DNA of 64,000 bases from Verrucomicrobiota bacterium (GTDB taxonomy: Bacteria > Verrucomicrobiota > Verrucomicrobiia > Palsa-1439). The position numbers and the translations under genes are program-made. The notes beneath the pieces were generated by a model. The model did no database searches. It worked only from the letters and a program-made list of their open reading frames with translations, and was not told the origin of the DNA. The DNA lies in assembly GCA_016871575.1 (NCBI GenBank), contig VHCW01000003.1, positions 36,835 to 100,834 of the forward strand, given 5' to 3'. Below are positions 49,895 to 59,424 of the stretch, in pieces. Each line of letters begins with the position of its first letter. The first letter of the stretch is position 1.

Positions 49895-51597
49895 AACTTG
49901 TGAATCTCTCTCGCCGAAACTTTCTGAAGGGCGCGTCTGCAATGGCGGCCACAGTTCCGTGGCTGGCTAGGGCCGCAGAGCCAACCGAACAACAACGGAT
50001 CGAAGCCGCCCTGCCGGCGCGCGCTGTCGTGAAGCCGCGCAAACCGCGCAAGCTGCTGATCTTCGACCTCAACGTCGGCTACGGCGGCCATCCGTCCGCC
50101 AAGGTTGCCAACACAGCGTTTACGTTGATGGGACAAAAGACCGGTGCGTTCGAGGCGACGGTCAGCCGCGACCCCGCTGTTTTCCAGCGTGACAGCCTGC
50201 GAAAGTTCGACGCCGTGTTTTTCAACAACAACGTCGGCAATTTGTTCACAGACCCCGAACTCCGGCAGAATCTCATTGAGTTCGTGTACGGCGGTGGCGG
50301 GTTGATGGGTGTGCACGGCACGTCGGTGGCGTTCACCCGCTGGCCCGAAGGCGCAAAAGAAGACTGGCCGGAGTTTGCGTTGATGCTTGGCACGCGCGGC
50401 GCGGCGCACATGCCGGGGGACGGCAGCGAAGTGGTCATCGTCAAGCTCGACGACCCTGGTCACCCGTTGAACCGCGCGTTTGACGGCAAGAGTTTCGAGT
50501 ACCGCAGCGAGTTCTTCCGGTTCCACGACCCGTACTCGCGGAACCGGGTGCGCGTCATCCAGAGCATTGACAACGCCGCCACGGAGAAACTCCAGGGCGC
50601 GCCGTTGAAGCAGTTCCGCAAGGACAACGACTACCCGGTTGCCTGGGTCCGAAACTACGGGCGCGGTCGCGTGTTCTACGGTTCCATCGCGCACAACCCG
50701 TACGTTTTCTGGGACGCGAAGATGTTGCAGTTCTACCTCGATGCGACGCAATTCGCCCTCGGCGATCTTCCGGCGCCGACGATTCCCAGCGGCAAACTGA
50801 CACCGGCGATCCGTGCCCAGGAACAACTCGGCTGGCGGCTCGGCATCGAGGCGTACACGTTCCACAAGTTCACCTTCTTTGAGGCCATCGAGAAGACCGC
50901 GCAGCTCGGCCTGCCGTTCATCGGCGGCCTCAGCTTCCAGAAAGTCAGCAAGGAAATTCCGAAGAACTTCAACCCCCAACTCACCGACGACGAACTGAAA
51001 CAGATTCGCCTCAAACTGGACGCCCACGGCGTGCGCCTGTTGACGTACTACTACGGCGCGATCCCCGGCGACCCCGCCGCGTGCCGCACGGTCTTCGAGT
51101 TCGCCCGCCAGATGGGCATCGAAACCTTCATGAGCGAACCGGACCCGAAGGCGTTGGATACGATTGAGAAGTTCTGCGACGAGTACGACATCAACGTTGC
51201 CCTCCACAACCATGCGCAAAAGGAGTCGCCGCACTACTGGCATCCCGACGAACTGTTGAAGGTCTGCCAAGGCCGCAGCCGCCGTATCGGCGCGTGTCCC
51301 GACCTCGGCTACTGGATGCGTTCCGGCATTGACCCGATCAAGGGCCTGCGCACGCTCAAAGATCGCGTCATCACCATCCAGATGCACGACCTCCACGAAC
51401 TCACCCCGGAAGGCCACGATGTCCCGTGGGGCACCGGCGCCGGCAAAGCAGCGGATTTTCTCCGGGAAGTCCACCGTCTCGGCATCAAGCCGACGATGTT
51501 CGGCCTCGAATACTCCTACAACTGGCTCGAATCCATGCCCGACATCGCCACGTGCATCGAGTTCTTCAACAAGGTCAGCGTGAATCTGGCGAAATGA
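49882..51597 (+). CDS. Tat-exported fusion protein: N-terminal ThuA-like domain plus C-terminal xylose-isomerase-like TIM barrel
   Basis: Twin-arginine signal LSRRNFLKGASAMAA. LLIFDLNVGYGGHPS...GGGLMGVHGT is ThuA-like. The C-terminal half is TIM-barrel-like. Confidence 0.75.
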   Translation: MEDLKLVNLSRRNFLKGASAMAATVPWLARAAEPTEQQRIEAALPARAVVKPRKPRKLLIFDLNVGYGGHPSAKVANTAFTLMGQKTGAFEATVSRDPAVFQRDSLRKFDAVFFNNNVGNLFTDPELRQNLIEFVYGGGGLMGVHGTSVAFTRWPEGAKEDWPEFALMLGTRGAAHMPGDGSEVVIVKLDDPGHPLNRAFDGKSFEYRSEFFRFHDPYSRNRVRVIQSIDNAATEKLQGAPLKQFRKDNDYPVAWVRNYGRGRVFYGSIAHNPYVFWDAKMLQFYLDATQFALGDLPAPTIPSGKLTPAIRAQEQLGWRLGIEAYTFHKFTFFEAIEKTAQLGLPFIGGLSFQKVSKEIPKNFNPQLTDDELKQIRLKLDAHGVRLLTYYYGAIPGDPAACRTVFEFARQMGIETFMSEPDPKALDTIEKFCDEYDINVALHNHAQKESPHYWHPDELLKVCQGRSRRIGACPDLGYWMRSGIDPIKGLRTLKDRVITIQMHDLHELTPEGHDVPWGTGAGKAADFLREVHRLGIKPTMFGLEYSYNWLESMPDIATCIEFFNKVSVNLAK

Positions 51598-51614
51598 AAT
51601 GTGACGTTGATGCA

Positions 51615-51720
51615 GGGCGGGGATACAATGCGCCGCCCGCGCACCCGGAGGCCAAGATCGAAATCCCGTCCTCCACACACAAACAGATGCACAGGGCCGG
51701 GCATGATGACGTGCCGGCCC
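51615..51720. terminator. Two GC-rich stem-loops between convergent genes (GGGCGG-12 nt-CCGCCC at 51615-51638; GGGCCGG...CCGGCCC at 51694-51720); possible bidirectional terminators
   Basis: Inverted repeats read directly. No U-tracts. Intergenic between the ThuA-TIM gene (+) and the HEAT gene (-). Confidence 0.25.
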
Positions 51721-51887
51721 ACAGCCTCTCGCTTTTCTGCCGCGCCACGCAAAGCGTATTGACGGAACGCCTCGCGTAATCGCGGTGACGTGTGTGGCCG
51801 GTGTTGCAGGATGGAGATGGCATCATCAGCAATTGTCCGGCCACGCTTCCCCACCACCCTGCCGACGGGACGGCGGCAGCGACATCA

Positions 51888-53957
51888 TTATTTTGCAGCT
51901 TTTTTCGCGCGGTCGAGCAATTCCTTGGCGCGGTCGGCGATGCGGCGGTTCTTCGGTTCCGCCTTTTCGAGCGCCGCGGCAACCGCCGCCGGCTGGGAAT
52001 CAACAATCTTCTCCCCGATGCCGACGATGGTGACGCACGCCGTCTCTTTCAGGCGCGGCGTTTCGAGGAACGTCAACGCCATCGTCAACGCTTCCGCGCA
52101 CGGAGCCTGGCCGAGCGCCGACAACAGCAGTTGCCGCTCGTCGTCGCGCGTGATCAATGCCGACGCTTCCTTCAGCGACGCGACCTTCTTCTGCGGGGCC
52201 GCGTCCTGCACACCGATCAAGCGCAGCCAGCCGCGCAACGCGAGAATCTTGAACTTCGCGTCGGGCGACGTCTTTGCGAGATTCGCCAAGTCGGGCAGCG
52301 CCTCCGCTGTCGGCCAATCGCACATCGCGCGCAACGCCGTCTCGCGGACCTCGGTGTCGCTGTCGGACGCCGCCGCGCGAATCGCGCCCAGCGCCTTCGC
52401 GCCGCCGGCGGAACGCAGGACGCGGAGCAACGAGATCTTGGCTGCGCCGGAAGATTTCGGCACCGCGGCGCAGAGCGCATCGGTTATGGCTGCGGGAACC
52501 GCGATGGCCGATAACGCAATCGAATCGCGTTCCGCGACGGTCTTGCTTTGCACGCCGCTGCCGGCGTCGTAGTCAATGCGCAGCTTCTTTGGCTTGTTAC
52601 GGGCCGGGTCGCCGAAATTCTTGTTCGACGCCTCGATGCTGAACTTGCCGGCCTTCAGGAGCTTGGCGACTTTCTCGGTTACGTCGGCGGACTTGCCGTC
52701 CGGTAGATCGCCGTACACGGCCTTGACGACGGTGATGTTGGCGGCGGTCGGTTTCGATTCGCGTGTGCAAACGCCGGTGAGCGCGGTTTCGAGGGACTCG
52801 GCTTCGGCGGATGATTTCGCCTTCAACAGCAAATCAACCAACAACGGGAAGTCTTTCGCAGTGGCCAATTCGCCGGCGGCGCGGATGGCGGCGGTGCGAA
52901 CGGCTTCATCGGAATCGCCAGTCGCCTTCAACAGCATGGGCACGGCGCCGGCGACGCGGCGTTGGCCGATAAGGCTGACGCCGAGCGCGCGGATTTTCGC
53001 GTCGGAGTTGTCGAGCAACGCCAACACGGCCTTTTCGGCTTCCTTGCCGGGCATGCTGACAAGCGCGGCCTGCGCGACGGGCGCGAGTTCACGTCCGCCG
53101 AGCGCAACTTCGACCATCATCGGCACGGCCGAAGTTTCGCGGAGCTGCGTCAGCACTTGGATCGAGGCGGCGGTGCGCAGCGCGAGCAACGCGGGCACAA
53201 CGGCGCGGTCGCCACGGTCGCCGAGCGCGCGGATCAGCAGATCTTGCCGGTCGGCTGGCAGCTTGGTGATTTCGGCGGCGAGCGCGGCAGTCAGCTTCTT
53301 CTCGTCCCACTCGCGCGTCAGGCGGAGCGCGACGCCGAACATGCCGGGGTCGTCGCTGTGAAGTTGTTGAATCAACGTCGGGATGCCCTTGGCGCCGCGA
53401 TTGCGAATGGCCCCGGCCATCGCGCCGATGCGGATGTGCGCCGGAATCGAGGGCGCGATGAGTTTTTCGTAAAGCGCCGGTTTCGTTTCGGCTGCGATGA
53501 GACAGGCCGCGGCAGTGGCGGGCAGGTTCTTCTCAATCGCGGCGAGGGCGTCGGGCGTGCCGATGCGCGCGAGCGCCGACGCCGCAAACGTGTCGGGCAA
53601 CAACGCGATGAGCGCCGGCACGGCTTTCTTGTCCTGTCGGACGCCAATGGAATGGATGACGCCGGCGCGGAGCCGGTCGGTCGTCTTGCCGAGGGCGTCG
53701 CGCAGCACTTCGTCAACGCTCGGGTCCTTGAGCGGTTCGAGCGCGTAGCGGGCCATGTGCGACATCTCTTCGTTGGTGAGCAACGCGGCAAGCGTCGGGA
53801 TGGACGCTTTTGTGGCGACGATGGCGAGTTGCCGGCAGGCGTCGGATTTCTCGTAGCGCGAGGCGGTGCTGGATTTCAGCGTGGCCAGCAGTTCAGCTTC
53901 GCCAGCAAAAGCCGACGTCACGGCGGCAAGGAGGAGTGAGAGGATGATGTTTTTCAT
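51888..53957 (-). CDS. Secreted HEAT-repeat protein with an inserted SUEL/galactose-binding-lectin-like segment
   Basis: Signal peptide MKNIILSLLLAAVTSAFA. HEAT repeats. The insert ITVVKAVYGDLPDGKSADVTEKV...ASNKNFGDPARNKPKKLRIDY resembles a Cys-free Gal_Lectin/SUEL pattern. Paralog of 46752..48641. Confidence 0.7.
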   Translation of the reverse strand: MKNIILSLLLAAVTSAFAGEAELLATLKSSTASRYEKSDACRQLAIVATKASIPTLAALLTNEEMSHMARYALEPLKDPSVDEVLRDALGKTTDRLRAGVIHSIGVRQDKKAVPALIALLPDTFAASALARIGTPDALAAIEKNLPATAAACLIAAETKPALYEKLIAPSIPAHIRIGAMAGAIRNRGAKGIPTLIQQLHSDDPGMFGVALRLTREWDEKKLTAALAAEITKLPADRQDLLIRALGDRGDRAVVPALLALRTAASIQVLTQLRETSAVPMMVEVALGGRELAPVAQAALVSMPGKEAEKAVLALLDNSDAKIRALGVSLIGQRRVAGAVPMLLKATGDSDEAVRTAAIRAAGELATAKDFPLLVDLLLKAKSSAEAESLETALTGVCTRESKPTAANITVVKAVYGDLPDGKSADVTEKVAKLLKAGKFSIEASNKNFGDPARNKPKKLRIDYDAGSGVQSKTVAERDSIALSAIAVPAAITDALCAAVPKSSGAAKISLLRVLRSAGGAKALGAIRAAASDSDTEVRETALRAMCDWPTAEALPDLANLAKTSPDAKFKILALRGWLRLIGVQDAAPQKKVASLKEASALITRDDERQLLLSALGQAPCAEALTMALTFLETPRLKETACVTIVGIGEKIVDSQPAAVAAALEKAEPKNRRIADRAKELLDRAKKAAK

Positions 53958-53969
53958 GGTGGGATTTCC

Positions 53970-55265
53970 TTAGATGGTGTACGGGGCGCGCATCGCACGG
54001 GCGCGATAACGGTTGGCTTCGGGGTCGTTGATGAACGTCTCGGTGGCGGGATCGAACTTCATGTCGCGCTTCAGCCACATGCAGATGTTGGCAGCGTGAA
54101 CGGTTGTCATCGAGTGGTGCATCACGCTCTCGTTCGCGACGGTCTTTTGGCGCGAACGGACGCAGTCGAAGAAGTTGCGGACGTGGTCGAGCGAGCGGCC
54201 AGTGCGGGCGACGTAGTCGGCGAGGATTTTCTTGTACTCGGCGAGCAACGACGGCGAGGAGGCCTCCGGCTTCGCGTAGCCGTCGGCCGCGGCGACCCAG
54301 CCTTCGGGGCCGTCGAACCGTTCGCCACAGGAGCCATGCCAGTATTTGTCGCCGCGGGAGAGGATCATCTTCGTGCCGTTGGCGAAATGCGTGGCCATGC
54401 CGTCGCCGGACTCGTTGTTGACGTACTCGTAGGCGATGGGCGAGAGGTCGCCGGCGTCAATGCCCGCCTGGGCTTGCGCGAACGTGTGCGCGCCCCATTC
54501 GCCGATGCAACTGGTGTGGAAATCGAAGTGGCCGCGCCAGCGACCGTCAACGTAGGCTTTGTTGTACGGACGCCACGGACACGGGCCAAGCCAGGCGTCC
54601 CAATCCAACTCGTCCTTCGGCGGCAACGGTTCTTCCGGCAGCCAGTCGGTGCGCATCTGCGCGGCGTCCCACGGCGCGATGTGCGCGTAGGCGGTGTGGA
54701 CTTTGCCGAGCCGGCCGGAGCGCGCCATCTCGATGCAGAACACGTGGTTCGGTTCGCTGAGGCGTTGCGTGCCGGTCTGGTAGATGCGGCCGTATTGCTG
54801 CGCGGTCTCGATGACGGCACGGCCCTCGGCAATGGTCATGCAAGAGGGTTTCTCGCTGTAAATGTCTTTGCCGGCGCGCATGACATAGATGGACATCAAC
54901 GCGTGCCAGCGGTCGCTCGTGGCGCTGAGCACGGCGTCCACATCAGGGCGCGCGGCAAGAAACTCGTGCACGTTGCTGTACATCGCGCAATCGGTCGTGC
55001 CGTATTGCTTGTCAATCATCTCCTTGACGGCGAGGCGGCGGTCCTTGCGGATGTCGCAGATGGCGACGAACTGGACGTCTTTTTCGCGCATCATCCAGGT
55101 CAGGTCGTGCGTGCCGCGCCCGCGAATGCCGATGCCGGCCATGATGATGCGTTCGCTCGGCGCCACGCCGCCGCCGCGCCCGATGGTGCGCGCCGGTACG
55201 ATCAATGGCGCCACCGCGGCTACGCCGGCGGCTTTGAGAAATTGACGGCGACTGAATTGTTTCAT
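53970..55265 (-). CDS. Tat-exported Gfo/Idh/MocA family oxidoreductase (tandem array copy 1)
   Basis: Start MKQFSRRQFLKAAGVAAVA at aa 11 of the track ORF. YSEKP motif. About 75% identical to copy 2 by eye. Confidence 0.85.
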   Translation of the reverse strand: MKQFSRRQFLKAAGVAAVAPLIVPARTIGRGGGVAPSERIIMAGIGIRGRGTHDLTWMMREKDVQFVAICDIRKDRRLAVKEMIDKQYGTTDCAMYSNVHEFLAARPDVDAVLSATSDRWHALMSIYVMRAGKDIYSEKPSCMTIAEGRAVIETAQQYGRIYQTGTQRLSEPNHVFCIEMARSGRLGKVHTAYAHIAPWDAAQMRTDWLPEEPLPPKDELDWDAWLGPCPWRPYNKAYVDGRWRGHFDFHTSCIGEWGAHTFAQAQAGIDAGDLSPIAYEYVNNESGDGMATHFANGTKMILSRGDKYWHGSCGERFDGPEGWVAAADGYAKPEASSPSLLAEYKKILADYVARTGRSLDHVRNFFDCVRSRQKTVANESVMHHSMTTVHAANICMWLKRDMKFDPATETFINDPEANRYRARAMRAPYTI

Positions 55266-55275
55266 GTGTTCTCCT

Positions 55276-56586
55276 TTAGATTGTCCAAGGCGCACGCATC
55301 GCGCGCGACCGGTAACGGTTCGCTTCGGGGTCGTTGATAAATTCTTCTTTCTCGGGATCGAGCTTCATGTCGCGTTTCAACCACATGCAGATGTTGGCCG
55401 CGTGCACCGTCATCATCGAATGATGCATCACGCTCGGGTTTGCGACGGTCTGCTGGCGCGAACGCATGCAGTCGAAGAAATTCCGCCAGTGGTCGAGCGA
55501 ACGCCCCGTGCGGGCGACATACTCGGCGATGACCTTCTTGTACTCGCTCAACAGCGACGGCGACGAGGCGTCGGGTTTCTGGTAGCCGTCCGCGGCGGCG
55601 ACCCAGCCTTCTTCGCCGTCGAAACGCTCGCCACACGAGCCGTGCCAGTGTTTCTTGCCCTGCGAGAAAATCATCTTCGTGCCGTTGGCGAATTGCGTGA
55701 CCATGCCGTCGCCGGAATCATTGTCAATGTACTTGTAGAGAACCGGCGACGTGTCCGACATGTCGAGTCCCGCTTGCGCCTGCGCGAACGTGTGTGCGCC
55801 CCATTCGCCGATGCAGCTCGTGTGAAAATCGTAGTGGCCGCGCCAGCCGCCTTGGATGTAGCGGGAGTTGTACGGACGCCACGGACACGGGCCGAGCCAG
55901 GCATCCCAGTCTACTTCGTCCTTCGACGGCAACGGTTCCTCCGGCAGCCAATCTTGTTTCAATCCGGCAGCGGTCCCGCCGGAGATGTGCGCGTAGGCGG
56001 TGTGGACTTTGCCGAGCCGGCCGGTGCGGGCCATCTCGATGCAGAAAACGTGGTTCGCTTCGCTGAGCCGCTGCGTGCCGGTCTGGTAGATGCGGCCGTA
56101 TTGCTTCGCCGTCTCGACGACCGCGCGGCCTTCGGCGATGGTCAGGGACGACGGTTTCTCGGTGTACACGTCTTTGCCGGCGCGCATCGCGTAAATCGAG
56201 GCGAGCGCGTGCCAGCGGTCGCCCGTCGCGATCAACACGCCGTCAATGTCGGCGCGCTCGGTGACGAACTCGCGGAGGTCGCGGTACATCTTGCAGTCTT
56301 TGCTGTTGTACCGGCTGTCAATCATCTCCTTGACGGCCTCACGACGGTCCTTGCGGATGTCGCAGATGGCGACGAACTGCACGTCCTGTTCTCCCATCAT
56401 CTTTTTCAAGTCACCGGTGCCGCGTCCGCGAATGCCGATGCAACCCATGATGATCTTCTCGCTTGGCGCGACACCGCCGCCGCGTCCGAGCACATGCGCC
56501 GGCACGACCAACGGCATCGCCATCGCCGCGCTGGCGATTTTCAAAAACTGGCGTCGCGAAAAGTTGGGCGTTTTCAAATTCTCCAT
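55276..56586 (-). CDS. Tat-exported Gfo/Idh/MocA family oxidoreductase (tandem array copy 2)
   Basis: MENLKTPNFSRRQFLKIASAAMA. YTEKP motif. Confidence 0.85.
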   Translation of the reverse strand: MENLKTPNFSRRQFLKIASAAMAMPLVVPAHVLGRGGGVAPSEKIIMGCIGIRGRGTGDLKKMMGEQDVQFVAICDIRKDRREAVKEMIDSRYNSKDCKMYRDLREFVTERADIDGVLIATGDRWHALASIYAMRAGKDVYTEKPSSLTIAEGRAVVETAKQYGRIYQTGTQRLSEANHVFCIEMARTGRLGKVHTAYAHISGGTAAGLKQDWLPEEPLPSKDEVDWDAWLGPCPWRPYNSRYIQGGWRGHYDFHTSCIGEWGAHTFAQAQAGLDMSDTSPVLYKYIDNDSGDGMVTQFANGTKMIFSQGKKHWHGSCGERFDGEEGWVAAADGYQKPDASSPSLLSEYKKVIAEYVARTGRSLDHWRNFFDCMRSRQQTVANPSVMHHSMMTVHAANICMWLKRDMKLDPEKEEFINDPEANRYRSRAMRAPWTI

Positions 56587-57878
56587 GGCTCGCGCATCGG
56601 GCGGGAACGCAGACGGTTGGCTTCGGCGTCGCCGATGAATTCGTATTTGAGCAGGTCAAACTTCACGTTTCGTTTCAATTGTTCGCAGATGTCGGCAGCC
56701 AGACAGATCGCCATCGAGCGGAGCATGACTTCGGGATTCGCGATTGCCTGCCGACGCGACCGGACACAGTCGAGGAAATCGCGCATGTGATTCAGGGAAC
56801 GTTGTGTCCGTCCGACGTATTCGGCGATCACCTTCTTGTATTCGAGCAACAGCGACGGCGAAGAGACATCGGTGGTCGCATACCCATCGGCAGCCGCTGT
56901 CCATCCTTTGGGGCCATCGAACCGCTCGCCACAAGCGCCGTGCCAGAACTCGCACTTTTTCCAAACATCACCGGCGACCCGGTACAGTACCAACTTCACG
57001 CCGTTGGACAGCCGCGTCATGATCGTCGCATCCGGCCCGGCGAACTCGAACTCAATCGTCGAAACATTCGACAGATCGAGCCCGGCCAACGCCTGCGCAA
57101 CCGTGTGCGCGCCCCACATCGCGACATCGGTGGCGAGATCGTAGAAACCATACCAGCTTCCACCGCCTTTCAAATACGCGCTGTTGTACGGACGCCACGG
57201 ACACGGCCCGAGCCAAGTGTCCCAGTCCACTTCCTCCTTCGGCGGCAGAGGTTCCTCCGGCAGCCAATCGTAACGTTGCCCGCCGCGCCACCGGCAGTCG
57301 GCGTAGGCCGTGTGAATTGGTCCGAGCTGGCCAGTGCGCGCCATTTCGATGGCAAACACGTGATTCGGCTCGCTGAGCCGCTGCGCGCCGGTCTGGTAAA
57401 CCCGCGCGTAGCGGGCTGCTGTCTCCACGACCGCCTGTCCTTGCGCGATCGTGAGACACGCAGGTTTCTCGGTGTAAACGTCTTTCCCCGCTTTCATCGC
57501 GAGGATGGACGCCAGCGCGTGCCAGCGGTCGCCCGTCGCAATCAACAGCGCATCAATGTCAGTCCGCGTCGCCAGAAACTCCCGAATCTCGCTGTACGTG
57601 GCGCAATCCTTGTTGCCGTATTTGTTGTCCACGACATTCTTGGCGGCTTCGCGCCGGCGTTTCTGGAGGTCGCAGACGGCGACGAACTGAACGTCTTGCT
57701 CGACGAGCATCCAATTCAAATCGTGCGTCCCGCGGCCACCGATGCCGATGCCGCCGGCGATGATGCGCTCGCTCGGCGCGACAGCACCGCCCCGGCCGAG
57801 CACGCGGGCAGGAACCACTAACGGCGCGGCAGCAAGGACGGCTGCGCTCTTCAAAAAAGTGCGGCGATTGATTTGCAT
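56574..57878 (-). CDS. Tat-exported Gfo/Idh/MocA family oxidoreductase (tandem array copy 3, more divergent)
   Basis: MQINRRTFLKSAAVLAAA. YTEKP motif. Confidence 0.85.
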   Translation of the reverse strand: MQINRRTFLKSAAVLAAAPLVVPARVLGRGGAVAPSERIIAGGIGIGGRGTHDLNWMLVEQDVQFVAVCDLQKRRREAAKNVVDNKYGNKDCATYSEIREFLATRTDIDALLIATGDRWHALASILAMKAGKDVYTEKPACLTIAQGQAVVETAARYARVYQTGAQRLSEPNHVFAIEMARTGQLGPIHTAYADCRWRGGQRYDWLPEEPLPPKEEVDWDTWLGPCPWRPYNSAYLKGGGSWYGFYDLATDVAMWGAHTVAQALAGLDLSNVSTIEFEFAGPDATIMTRLSNGVKLVLYRVAGDVWKKCEFWHGACGERFDGPKGWTAAADGYATTDVSSPSLLLEYKKVIAEYVGRTQRSLNHMRDFLDCVRSRRQAIANPEVMLRSMAICLAADICEQLKRNVKFDLLKYEFIGDAEANRLRSRPMREPWRI

Positions 57879-57982
57879 GAGTTGAATAGTAACGACGCTT
57901 CGACGAATGGCCAGACAAAATGTTCAGGCGGTTTGGTTTATTTGAGAAAGACATTGACCTGCGCTACGGTGCGTGGAAAACG

Positions 57983-58480
57983 ATGGCAAATCCATCCGAT
58001 GCGGACTTTGAAGAACTGCTCGCCCGGTATCGCCGGCCGGTGTTGAACTTCGTGTATCGCTTGCTCGGCGACGCGACAGAGTCCGAGGACGTGGCGCAGG
58101 AGGTTTTTATTCGCGCGTATCAACACTGGAACGAGTTCGATCCGCGCCGCAAAGTCTCGACGTGGCTCTTTGCGCTGGCTCGCAACGCCGCCATTGACCG
58201 GCTCCGCTATCGCCAGCGCCATCCCGTTGAGCCATTGGATTCAGTTCCCGAACCGGCCACCGTTTCCCGCGAAGTCGAAACCCGCGAACTCGGCGACCAA
58301 ATCGCCGCCGCCATCCAATCGTTGCCCGAAGACCAGCGCACCGCCATTGTGCTGGCCGAGTATCACGGTCTTTCTCATGCCGAGATTGCCGAGGTGATGC
58401 ATGGCTCGGAAAAATCCGTTGAGTCACGCCTCTATCGGGCCCGTCAAAGTCTCCGCATCGCACTTGCGCCGCTTCTCTGA
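57983..58480 (+). CDS. ECF-type RNA polymerase sigma-70 factor
   Basis: Region 2 ESEDVAQEVFIRAYQ. Region 4 LSHAEIAEVMHGSEKSVESRLYRARQ. Start at aa 22 of the track ORF. Confidence 0.75.
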   Translation: MANPSDADFEELLARYRRPVLNFVYRLLGDATESEDVAQEVFIRAYQHWNEFDPRRKVSTWLFALARNAAIDRLRYRQRHPVEPLDSVPEPATVSREVETRELGDQIAAAIQSLPEDQRTAIVLAEYHGLSHAEIAEVMHGSEKSVESRLYRARQSLRIALAPLL

Positions 58481-58504
58481 ATCCCGTCGCGCCTCCTTCC
58501 GCGG

Positions 58505-58532
58505 TCACAAAGAAACTGCGCTCACAAAGAAA
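58505..58532. promoter_or_regulatory. Tandem direct repeat TCACAAAGAAA (x2, 17-bp register) upstream of the PaaX-like gene; candidate operator or promoter element
   Basis: Read directly at 58505-58515 and 58522-58532. Confidence 0.3.
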
Positions 58533-58556
58533 TGCCGCCGACAGTTTTACACTATT

Positions 58557-58584
58557 TTGTAACGGTCGTTTCAATATTGTGTAA
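58557..58584. repeat. 28-bp element TTGTAACGGTCGTTTCAATATTGTGTAA. A second copy (23/28 identical, containing the perfect palindrome ACAATATTGT) lies at 59425-59450 just after the PaaX-like gene
   Basis: Direct comparison of the two flanks. The upstream copy ends at the ATG (58584). The downstream copy begins 14 bp after the stop. Confidence 0.4.
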
Positions 58585-59411
58585 TGTTGGGCTTGCCTTG
58601 GGAGGGAGGTTTCGATTATGGATCGGCCATGCCACGGCTCGATTACGCGGATGTGCTGGACTTGTTTCTCTGGACGATGGACAAGCTGACGCGGCCCACG
58701 TTGCAGAACTTGCTGGCTGGTTACGAGGAGTACGCCCACCGTCCCGGCAATGCACATTTGTTTCTTCGCTTGGAACACCAACGGCTGTTGGAACGCACCG
58801 GCAAATCCGGCAAGGAGGCGTCGTACCGGATTACAGCCGACGGCATTCAGCGCGTTCGCGTCACAGATCCGCGGGTCGAATGGAACCAGTCATGGGATGG
58901 TCAATGGCGCGTGGTGGTGTTCGATCTGCCCGAGGCGCGTCGCAAGGACCGCCACGACCTCTGGCGGGCGTTGCGGACGCGAAAACTCGGCATGTTGCAG
59001 CGCAGTGTGTGGATTTGGCCACACGCCTTGCAGCCGATTCTGGAGGAAATCATCCAGGCAGAAGGGATTCCAGAGTGTTTTTGCGGGTTCACCGTCCGTG
59101 ATTTGTTTCTGTGCAGCCACGCCGAAGTGGTTGCCATTGCATGGAATTGGGAGGAGATAGGAAAAGCACACGAGACTTATCTCAAGCATCCGGTGCTGAC
59201 AGGTCGAGGGCTGACAGCTGCGCGGAATGTGGGCCAACTGGCTGCGCTGGCCCGGAATGAACGCCGCTCGTATTCCTACGCATTCGCATTGGATCCGCTG
59301 CTGCCGCGCGCGCTGTGGCCCAAAGGATACCGAGGGGCCGACGTGCACCGCCAAAGCGAACAATTCCGTCATCAGCTCAAAGAAAAATTCCACAATTTGA
59401 ACAACCCCTGA
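58584..59411 (+). CDS. PaaX-family-like transcriptional regulator
   Basis: C-terminal region with RKLGMLQRSVWIWP is PaaX_C-like. The N-terminus has a wHTH-like segment. An alternative start is at 58629, with GGAGGGAGG 20 nt upstream. Flanking GC is lower. Confidence 0.55.
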   Translation: MLGLPWEGGFDYGSAMPRLDYADVLDLFLWTMDKLTRPTLQNLLAGYEEYAHRPGNAHLFLRLEHQRLLERTGKSGKEASYRITADGIQRVRVTDPRVEWNQSWDGQWRVVVFDLPEARRKDRHDLWRALRTRKLGMLQRSVWIWPHALQPILEEIIQAEGIPECFCGFTVRDLFLCSHAEVVAIAWNWEEIGKAHETYLKHPVLTGRGLTAARNVGQLAALARNERRSYSYAFALDPLLPRALWPKGYRGADVHRQSEQFRHQLKEKFHNLNNP

Positions 59412-59424
59412 ATTACGCAATAAT

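Noticed and set aside
54096-57821. Three long + strand ORFs (413, 508, 452 aa)
   Set aside because: Antisense to the tandem Tat-Gfo/Idh/MocA genes, whose minus-strand products carry RRxFLK signals, Rossmann and EKP motifs.
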